Shown piece after piece: positions 1-5,812 of a DNA stretch of 57,054 bases. Within the stretch, counting starts at the first letter, position 1; the number at the start of each line of letters is the position of its first letter. The notes under the pieces are model-generated. The model saw nothing but the letters and a program-made list of their open reading frames with translations, did not search any database and was not told the DNA's origin. This DNA is from a virus (taxonomy: Duplodnaviria > Caudoviricetes), in the IMG/VR virus record IMGVR_UViG_3300046787_000098, positions 1 through 57,054 of that record; one strand, 5' to 3'. Both the position numbers and the translations under genes were made by a program.

Positions 1-249
1 CCACAGTACATTGGCTCGCCATGCTTTTCCATGTAGGCGGCTTCAGCGGCTTTAGCGGCGGAGAGGGCTTCTGTGTAGATGTTGTCGAAGTTCATGATGG
101 TCTTTCAAGTAAATGCCCCGACGGGCGGGAATTAGTTTGACAAAGCCTTTGTTTCGGCGGCGAGGATGTTGTAGGTAACCTTGGTGTGCTTAGCGATCAG
201 CTCAGCAGGGGCGCTTAGCTCTTTGGCAACAGCAGACCATGAGGTGCTT
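1..249. repeat. Left copy of 249-bp direct terminal repeat (assembly overlap or terminal redundancy)
   Basis: Identical to 56806-57054 except position 122 (C) vs 56927 (A); ORF 132-422 and ORF 56586-56900 read through the junction. Confidence 0.97.
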
Positions 250-422
250 TTCTTTTCTGGAGTGTGCTTGACGGTGGTCACGTACAAGGTGCCAGCGTAT
301 GTGCCTTGGCCCAGCATCTTGAGCTGGTTCTTGATGTCTTCTGCTTGCTCTTGCAGAGCGGCAATTTGGTCTTCGATCAAACCGAGTTGGTCAACGATCT
401 TGAGTGCTGTTGCTGTAGTCAT
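132..422 (-). CDS. Hypothetical early protein with N-terminal coiled coil
   Basis: 96-aa ORF; AAGGAAATAGGAA RBS; lies directly downstream of the promoter at 467-496. Confidence 0.8.
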   Translation of the reverse strand: MTTATALKIVDQLGLIEDQIAALQEQAEDIKNQLKMLGQGTYAGTLYVTTVKHTPEKKSTSWSAVAKELSAPAELIAKHTKVTYNILAAETKALSN

Positions 423-466
423 TTCCTATTTCCTTTTTCATGTAACCTGCTTATTGCAGTGACGCT

Positions 467-496
467 ATCTTAACATCAAGTTAAAGCGCTTTGGAA
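467..496 (-). promoter_or_regulatory. Sigma70-type extended -10 promoter overlapped by TTAAC-N5-GTTAA operator
   Basis: Minus strand TTCCAA-18 bp-(TGn)TAAGAT; perfect inverted repeat TTAACatcaaGTTAA at 470-484. Confidence 0.65.
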
Positions 497-529
497 GTCT
501 TTTTAAAAATATTTTTATTAGGACAAACC

Positions 530-802
530 CTACCTTTGCATCAAAAGGGCAACGACCCTCTCTATCGTCACGTTCAGGGCGTCTTGCTCATCCATTTTCT
601 TGATGGCCCACATGCGCTTCTGCCCGTGCCAGCCGTTGAAGCTCCCCTGATGGCAGTCCTTGCAAAGAGCCACGACGGTGTACTGCCTATGCTGTTTGAC
701 GTGGTGGGCATCACTTGGCCCCTCTGCATCACACACGGAGCAGGGGAGCTCTTTGACAAGCCCCACGTACGCTTTTTCTTTCGCAGTGAGGGTGTTGTTC
801 AC
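530..802 (-). CDS. Zn-binding HNH-like nuclease (Ref/DUF968-like)
   Basis: CSVC...DAHH...LCKDCH motif; position in the nin-like region. Confidence 0.65.
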   Translation of the reverse strand: MNNTLTAKEKAYVGLVKELPCSVCDAEGPSDAHHVKQHRQYTVVALCKDCHQGSFNGWHGQKRMWAIKKMDEQDALNVTIERVVALLMQR

Positions 803-1149
803 AGTGTGGCCTTCTCGACGTGGCGGTTAGAAGCCTCCATAGAGCGCCATACGGCGATTCTTTCCTGAGAAGCTATGAGGAGCCACCGAAGGCGTTCGCG
901 CTCCTGTACGGCTTGTCTGAGGGCTTCTAGGTGCTCTTTGTAGCGGGGGGAGGCGTAGGCTTCCCGTTCCTGCATGGCGGCGGTCTTGTATTCACCGTTG
1001 CCATATACCTCGGCGTTCTTCATCTCTTCGGCTTTGATGGTCTTGCGTAGCTCCTCCATGTACACCTTTGTTGCCTCTGCCTCGGCGTACTTGGCTGAGT
1101 TGGCGATCATGAAATCTACTGCATCGTTGGGGTCAATAATTTTGCTCAT
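799..1149 (-). CDS. Helical hypothetical protein, UvsY-like recombination mediator candidate
   Basis: Start at MSKIIDP (ATGA overlap with the upstream stop); long amphipathic helices. Confidence 0.55.
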   Translation of the reverse strand: MSKIIDPNDAVDFMIANSAKYAEAEATKVYMEELRKTIKAEEMKNAEVYGNGEYKTAAMQEREAYASPRYKEHLEALRQAVQERERLRWLLIASQERIAVWRSMEASNRHVEKATL

Positions 1150-1505
1150 GTTTGTTCCTCGATTTCGATTAAAAGTTTCCCGGGTTTTGTTCCTGCTTTT
1201 CTGTAAATCATGATGGGCTGAAACAGTTGGTCGTTCACCATCAATGCATCGGCTAAGCCGTCCAGCGCTCCCTTTGCGGCGGCAAGGCAATTGTCCGCAT
1301 CGCGCTTTCGTTTGTCAGGCATCTCGAACGTGATCGTCAGTCTCAGTTCTCCGCCTGCGTGCTTCCAGCCCTTGATCTGGTGCTTAGCCAGCCACGTGCT
1401 GTTCTCACGGTAGTCCGAGCGGAGCTGGTACAGCTTGCCCCAGTGCGTACCCTTGGCACGGTTTGGGAATAGCTCCGCAGGGGGAAAGTCCAGCTCAATC
1501 CGCAC
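1146..1505 (-). CDS. rusA: RusA-family Holliday junction resolvase
   Basis: PDKRKRDADN...KGALDGLADAL..ND motif; probable GTG start at 1505. Confidence 0.8.
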   Translation of the reverse strand: MRIELDFPPAELFPNRAKGTHWGKLYQLRSDYRENSTWLAKHQIKGWKHAGGELRLTITFEMPDKRKRDADNCLAAAKGALDGLADALMVNDQLFQPIMIYRKAGTKPGKLLIEIEEQT

Positions 1506-1743
1506 GGTGCATCCTTGTACGGATCGCCTGCGCCAGCTCTTCTTGGCTCCACTCTTGGGCAATACGTGCACAGGCTTCACGCTCGATGCCGATGGCTTGC
1601 TTTGTGGTCTGGATGGCTACAGCCATGATCTCAGCCTTAGCCTGCGCCAGCCCCTCTTCGAATTCTTTTGCTGTGAACAACTGCTGTCCAGTGCCTTGTG
1701 CAAAGAACTTCTTTTGAAAATCACTCAGTTCTACTTTTGCCAT
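1495..1743 (-). CDS. Hypothetical protein (EREACA family)
   Basis: 82-aa ORF, GGAG RBS, EREACARIA motif. Confidence 0.7.
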   Translation of the reverse strand: MAKVELSDFQKKFFAQGTGQQLFTAKEFEEGLAQAKAEIMAVAIQTTKQAIGIEREACARIAQEWSQEELAQAIRTRMHRAD

Positions 1744-1939
1744 TCTCTTGCTCCTTTTTCATTCGGTTAACTAGGTCATACATCGCTTGGGTTCCGCGAC
1801 GCTTCTCGATGTCACTCTTTACTTTTGCCCACCACAATTGCGCGTTCCCGAAGCCTAGCTCGATAGTCTTCTTTTTGTATCGGCTGATCCACTCTCTCGC
1901 TTCGCACTGCCTCATGTGTTCCAAGGTCTCCTGTGACAT
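1721..1939 (-). CDS. Hypothetical protein
   Basis: MSQETLEHMRQCEAREW... ORF; overlaps 1812-2030 in another frame. Confidence 0.6.
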   Translation of the reverse strand: MSQETLEHMRQCEAREWISRYKKKTIELGFGNAQLWWAKVKSDIEKRRGTQAMYDLVNRMKKEQENGKSRTE

Positions 1940-2030
1940 AGAGACATTCGATGGCGCAAGCCTCGGTGTAGGCATCACCAAACCCACCACGGATTTGGTC
2001 GAGGATTTGTTTGGCTTCATGGTTGGTCAC
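1812..2030 (-). CDS. Hypothetical protein
   Basis: GTGA overlap with upstream gene, AGGA RBS; EAKQILD...TGDL pattern. Confidence 0.55.
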   Translation of the reverse strand: MTNHEAKQILDQIRGGFGDAYTEACAIECLYVTGDLGTHEAVRSERVDQPIQKEDYRARLRERAIVVGKSKE

Positions 2031-2245
2031 TCCTGTCCCCTTGCTCGGATGGCATCAGCCGCTTTGCTTGCACTAGCGGCTCTGTATGGCATTGATTCAC
2101 ACACCTTTGCACACGCCTCACGCTCGGCAGAAGCGACAAGGGCGGCAAAGCGTTCAAGTTCTTCCAAAGTGTCTGTGAATGCCGCAGGACTCCAGCCGTT
2201 GGCTTTTGCGTACATTCGAATAATGTCTTCTTTATTCATCATCAT
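2027..2245 (-). CDS. Hypothetical protein (EDIIRM...LERFAALV...EREAC family)
   Basis: Common phage accessory motif; paralog of 4653-4973. Confidence 0.7.
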   Translation of the reverse strand: MMMNKEDIIRMYAKANGWSPAAFTDTLEELERFAALVASAEREACAKVCESMPYRAASASKAADAIRARGQE

Positions 2246-2393
2246 CCTCCACGTTTTCTTGTATCAGTTGTTGCTTCACCAACTCCAGCACGCCTATGAC
2301 GGTGGACATGTAAAGCGTTTCGTCGTACTTGCGTATGACCGAAATCAGTTCGTCGGCTAAGCCACCTGCAAGTTTTCCTTGATTCAGTATCAT
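2232..2393 (-). CDS. Small hypothetical protein (53 aa, not in ORF track)
   Basis: Manual translation MILNQGKLAGGLADELISVIRKYDETL...EDDDE; ATGA overlap with 2390-2812; GAGG RBS. Confidence 0.7.
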   Translation of the reverse strand: MILNQGKLAGGLADELISVIRKYDETLYMSTVIGVLELVKQQLIQENVEDDDE

Positions 2394-2812
2394 GATTTCC
2401 TCTTCGCCAGTCCTGCACGAATAGCCAGCTCGTTGCGCAGGCGGTACTCGTACTTTGTTTTGCGGATCTTCTCGTGCTCAGTGGGCTGTAGTTCTGGCTG
2501 GTCGTCAAACAGGGCGGCAAACTCTTGCCACTTTGGTGGGTAGCCATTAACCGCTGATCCCCAAGAGATCATGTCGATCTTCATGACTTCACCAATCGCA
2601 ACACGGATCGTCTCGCAATCCTGCAAAGCTTCTGTGATGCGAGGCCACTCAGTGGGCAGGGCTTGGTGGTGGTAGGCACAGACCCAGTGGCTACCAGTGG
2701 AGATCCCGCCAGCCATGGGGCAACCGTTGGCGTAGCAGTTGTGACCGTGGGGCTGGTCATCAACCTCTGTTGTTTTTTCAGCGTAGCGCTGTTTTGCTGA
2801 TGCGTAACTCAT
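2390..2812 (-). CDS. Hypothetical Zn-binding protein downstream of the initiator
   Basis: CYANGC...WVCAYH motif; ATGA coupling to 2809-3549. Confidence 0.7.
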   Translation of the reverse strand: MSYASAKQRYAEKTTEVDDQPHGHNCYANGCPMAGGISTGSHWVCAYHHQALPTEWPRITEALQDCETIRVAIGEVMKIDMISWGSAVNGYPPKWQEFAALFDDQPELQPTEHEKIRKTKYEYRLRNELAIRAGLAKRKS

Positions 2813-3549
2813 TTTTGATCCTTGTGGTATGTGCCTTCGATGACTCGGGGAAACTTGCTTGGGTTGAACAGGAAGTCCATGTCAGCCTTCCAGTCTTTGG
2901 ATTTGCCTGTCAGGAACTTGGAGGTCTTGACCATCTCGAAGTACCACCTGAAGAAGTCCAGACCACCCTGTCGGTCAAGCTTGTCAGCAGTAACAACCTC
3001 ACGCCATCTGGCGGCAATAGCTCTCTTGCGTGAATCGTTGACAACAACGGTCTGTGGCAACTCAGGCAGTATGGTGTTGTACATCTCAACAATCTCTGCA
3101 ACTGGACACGCAGGGGCTGACTTTGGCTTGCCAAGGTCAGGAGAAGCTTTAGCTTCTATTTGTGTTATGTGTACTGTGTCCTGTGTATTGGGAGCATTGC
3201 TTTCGGATTGCGCTGGCAATGCGTTCGCATTAGAAGCCTTATTCCATCGGGCTTTGGCGGAAGCTGATGCCTTCTCTTTCTTGACGCCAACGGCCTCAAT
3301 CTCCTTGATGACACGCTCTGAGATCCAACCAGACTCTGTGCGTTCGAAGTACTCTTGCAATACGAGCGTAATGCTGTCGCAATGCGAACGCATACGGATT
3401 TGACGTGCAATATCCTCTACGTCAAGCGGCAAAGGTTTCTCGTGAAGGTAGCACCAGTCGAGCATTCGGCGGTAAGCCAAGTCCTCTGTGTCAGACAGAT
3501 GCGAGGTGTGACTTTGGTAGTCACCAATGTTGAATTGGTAGTAATGCAT
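2809..3549 (-). CDS. Replication initiator, YdaU/DUF1376 family
   Basis: N-terminal MHYYQFNIGDY..TSHLS..EDLAYRRMLD; C-terminal FLTG..DWKADMDFL...VIEGTY typical of phage replisome organisers. Confidence 0.85.
   Translation of the reverse strand: MHYYQFNIGDYQSHTSHLSDTEDLAYRRMLDWCYLHEKPLPLDVEDIARQIRMRSHCDSITLVLQEYFERTESGWISERVIKEIEAVGVKKEKASASAKARWNKASNANALPAQSESNAPNTQDTVHITQIEAKASPDLGKPKSAPACPVAEIVEMYNTILPELPQTVVVNDSRKRAIAARWREVVTADKLDRQGGLDFFRWYFEMVKTSKFLTGKSKDWKADMDFLFNPSKFPRVIEGTYHKDQK
3161..3393. other. Putative replication origin inside the initiator gene
   Basis: Four tandem 7-mers (TGTGTnn) at 3161-3188 next to 11-bp-period WTGCGAnnGCA-like repeats at 3194-3231, with a second set at 3368-3393. 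Confidence 0.55.
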
Positions 3550-3589
3550 TTTTTCCACTTTGTCAGGCCACTTAGAAGCAAAGAAACTC

Positions 3590-3645
3590 AGGCAGGGGAA
3601 AAGTGGGAACCCTTTTCAGAGCGGGGATCAATCCGCTCCTAGCCT
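3590..3645 (-). ncRNA. Three-way-junction RNA in the 5' leader of the initiator gene
   Basis: AGGC/GCCT plus AGG/CCT outer stem enclosing GAGCGG/CCGCTC and GAAAAG/CTTTTC hairpins. Confidence 0.5.
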
Positions 3646-3660
3646 TCATTTCAAATCATA

Positions 3661-3864
3661 TTACACGAAAAACAGATCTGGACGCAAGTCTTTTCTTGTG
3701 ACCAAACCTTGTGTTGCTTTTTCGATTTTGACAGCGAGTGCGGCAGACGCAGTTCTGCGCTCATGGATCAACAGCGACATCCATGTCAGGCTGATGCCCA
3801 GATACTCTGCCATCTCACCTCTTGCGCCCAACGGCTCCGTCGAAAAATACTCCTGCAAGGTCAT
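3661..3864 (-). CDS. Cro/YdaS-like HTH transcriptional regulator
   Basis: EMAEYLGIS...A.LAVKIEKATQGLVTRKDLRPD signature; start at MTLQEYF. Confidence 0.85.
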   Translation of the reverse strand: MTLQEYFSTEPLGARGEMAEYLGISLTWMSLLIHERRTASAALAVKIEKATQGLVTRKDLRPDLFFV

Positions 3865-3928
3865 GTTCTTGTTTTCCAGTTTTATGTACACGTCACAAAA
3901 ACATGTACACGTTTTGCCTTTTTATAGA

Positions 3929-4307
3929 CACGTTAGTTGTTGGTGTCCTGCCTTGATCTTTAACGCAGGTTGACGGTCTCAGGCTTTCGCCACACCAACA
4001 CGGCTGGGTACTGCAAGGCTGGACGACAAGAGCCAGCATTAAGACGTTCAATACCCATGCGTGTAGGTTGTTGGTGGCGACTGGGTTCTCCCGATCCGCA
4101 CGCACAGGTTTCCTATTACGCTACCACCAACACGGCTGGGGACTGGATGCTCTATTACCGAGAGATGCAGGCCAGAGCATTAGGCCACTTTCGGTTTTTT
4201 CCAATCCCCATGCGTGTTAGTGTTGGTGGCTCACATAAAGCAGTGTGCTTTTTAGCATTCGTCCGATTGTTAAATCTGTATTGGCGCTAACCCAATACAC
4301 CACCAAC
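3929..4307 (-). ncRNA. Array of five tandem structured RNA modules with alternating conserved closing stems (A-B-A-B-A)
   Basis: Repeat CACCAACACGGCTGGG(T/G)ACTG at 3993-4013 and 4125-4145; repeat CAAT(A/C)CCCATGCGTGT..TGTTGGTGGC at 4049-4078 and 4202-4230; compensatory T-A/G-C pair; G-U pairs and a GAAA tetraloop on the minus strand. Confidence 0.8.
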
Positions 4308-4313
4308 GGGCGC

Positions 4314-4342
4314 AGTATACATTAACTTTGAATTAAAAGAAA
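4314..4342 (-). promoter_or_regulatory. Leftward promoter driving the RNA array and cro; overlapped by operator
   Basis: -10 TATACT (4314-4319) lies 7 nt upstream of the first array base (4307); weak -35; TTAACtttgaATTAA at 4322-4336. Confidence 0.6.
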
Positions 4343-4366
4343 CCCCACAATTTACTCAGGTTTGTG

Positions 4367-4396
4367 TTGCATTGTTTTTTAACTACGTGTTAAGAT
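4367..4396 (+). promoter_or_regulatory. Rightward sigma70 promoter overlapped by operator
   Basis: TTGCAT-18 bp-(TGn)TAAGAT; perfect TTAACtacgtGTTAA at 4379-4393. Confidence 0.7.
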
Positions 4397-4432
4397 GCGC
4401 CCACGCTGATACAGCGGTTAAGGAGAAATCAA

Positions 4433-4651
4433 ATGGAAAAGCACTTACCCTTCACGACCAAGTCTGGTCTTCGCATTGGCTGTATGTACAGCCCTCCCCA
4501 ACGTAACCACATGAGCGCTGATGCTGAACGCATTCAGATGGCTTTGCTTGGCATCGAGCCTGAGTTCTCTCAGCGTCGTGTTGCTGGCTGGGTTGCGTAC
4601 ATCATCTTTCTGGCAGTGCTCGTTTCAACCTTGGTTGCGTTAGGGGTTTGA
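4433..4651 (+). CDS. Small membrane-anchored early protein
   Basis: AAGGAG RBS; PFTTKSGLRIG motif; C-terminal TM helix. Confidence 0.8.
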   Translation: MEKHLPFTTKSGLRIGCMYSPPQRNHMSADAERIQMALLGIEPEFSQRRVAGWVAYIIFLAVLVSTLVALGV

Positions 4652-4652
4652 G

Positions 4653-4973
4653 ATGACCAGAGAAGACATTATTTGTATGGCGCAAGAGGCAGGATTGATT
4701 GGCAAGCCAATCTTTACAGAAGGTTTAGAACATTTTGCCAACCTTGTTGCGTCTGCCGAACGTAGCGCGTGTATTGATTTACTCATGGGGTTACATGAAG
4801 CCCAAAGTAACAATGGCGCTCACAACTATTACCACTTTGCCTCGAACGCCATCAAGGAGTTAAGAGGCAAAACCATCACCATCAAAACCAAACAATTTAA
4901 ATGCACTGGTTGTCAAGGCAAATGGCATAACTCAGAAGATGCAAAGCATCATTCATGTAAGGATTTCCAATGA
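4653..4973 (+). CDS. Hypothetical protein (EDII.MA...LE.FA.LV..AER.AC family) with C-terminal C2HC-type Zn finger
   Basis: Paralog of 2027-2245; CTGC...HHSC tail. Confidence 0.7.
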   Translation: MTREDIICMAQEAGLIGKPIFTEGLEHFANLVASAERSACIDLLMGLHEAQSNNGAHNYYHFASNAIKELRGKTITIKTKQFKCTGCQGKWHNSEDAKHHSCKDFQ

Positions 4974-5344
4974 ACAAAGAACAATTACTTGACCAATTTG
5001 CAATTGAGGCAATGAAGGCAATTCAACGTCAAGAGGGTATGGTTGCTGTGCATAACGTAGCACTACGCGCTTATGGAATTGCAGAAAAAATGTTGGAATG
5101 CAGGCAAACGGTTTTAGACAATTGGGCATTGAAGGATGCAATTGTTGAAGATGGCATTGAAAAACTTGAATTGACTGTACGGTCTGAGCACTGTTTAAAA
5201 GCTGAGGGCATTTACACCATAACGCAACTGCTCACATACTCTGATATTGGCTTGCTTAGGGTACCTAATTTGGGACGCAAAAGCCTTAGAGAAATTATTG
5301 AGCAATTAGATGCACGTGGATTGAAGTTAAGGGGGCAAGCATGA
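4970..5344 (+). CDS. RNA polymerase alpha-subunit C-terminal-domain-containing protein
   Basis: IEKLELTVRSEHCLKAEGIYTI..L......LLRVPNLGRKSL.EI...L..RGL aligns with the RpoA CTD; unrelated ~60-aa N-terminal domain. Confidence 0.9.
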   Translation: MNKEQLLDQFAIEAMKAIQRQEGMVAVHNVALRAYGIAEKMLECRQTVLDNWALKDAIVEDGIEKLELTVRSEHCLKAEGIYTITQLLTYSDIGLLRVPNLGRKSLREIIEQLDARGLKLRGQA

Positions 5345-5433
5345 ATGACAAAGACTTCGAGCGCCTCTACATCATTCTGTTTGTAGCTGGTTTGGCAATT
5401 TCCCTATACGACCTTTTTATCTGGAGACCCTAA
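5341..5433 (+). CDS. 30-aa membrane peptide (not in ORF track)
   Basis: MNDKDFERLYIILFVAGLAISLYDLFIWRP; start and stop overlap both neighbours. Confidence 0.65.
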   Translation: MNDKDFERLYIILFVAGLAISLYDLFIWRP

Positions 5434-5642
5434 TGAATTTACAAGACGTACTCTGGTTCGACACCAGTAAGGGTCGCATTGGCGTGCTGATGGTGCTTGA
5501 CTGGCACACAGAACAGCTTCACTACTACCTTGGCATCGCTGATGGCATGAATTCCAACATTGACATCAACCACATCTATAACGGCGGCGTGAAGCTCCCT
5601 GATGCTGTGGGCATGAACTTCTTCTTCGGGGAGTCAGAGTGA
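5433..5642 (+). CDS. Hypothetical protein
   Basis: 69-aa ORF, GGAG RBS, coupled. Confidence 0.7.
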   Translation: MNLQDVLWFDTSKGRIGVLMVLDWHTEQLHYYLGIADGMNSNIDINHIYNGGVKLPDAVGMNFFFGESE

Positions 5643-5647
5643 TCACC

Positions 5648-5812
5648 ATGGCAACAAATCAAGAGTACGAAGACTGGAAAAAAGACCCTGTTGCACAGCA
5701 GGAATACACAAAATATTTACTTGAGGAAGCACAAAAAACAGACCCCAAAGCAATTGAATTTATCAACCAATTTACTAGCCAATTTAACAAAATCTTTAAG
5801 GAAAAATCATGA
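5648..5812 (+). CDS. Small hypothetical protein (54 aa, not in ORF track)
   Basis: MATNQEYEDWKKDPVAQQEY...FKEKS; ATGA overlap with 5809. Confidence 0.65.
   Translation: MATNQEYEDWKKDPVAQQEYTKYLLEEAQKTDPKAIEFINQFTSQFNKIFKEKS

Noticed and set aside
4093-4125. Resemblance of GATCCGCACGCACAGGTTTCCTATTACGCTACC to the complement of the 16S rRNA 3' end
   Set aside because: It needs several gaps and mismatches over ~30 nt and is probably chance; an alignment E-value would settle it.
3893-4290. ORFs 3893-4105 (-) and 3970-4290 (+)
   Set aside because: Non-ATG starts, no RBS and no protein-like features; base-pair covariation explains the region better.
3929-4307. Array as a CRISPR or TIGR array
   Set aside because: Two alternating repeats pair across the variable region rather than within a repeat; interiors vary from about 40 to 70 nt and are self-structured; no cas operon or Nop-domain gene was recognised.
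3929-4307. Array units as tRNA genes (CACCA ends, cloverleaf-like folds)
   Set aside because: No TTCRA T-loop, D-loop consensus or 7-nt anticodon arm in tRNA geometry.
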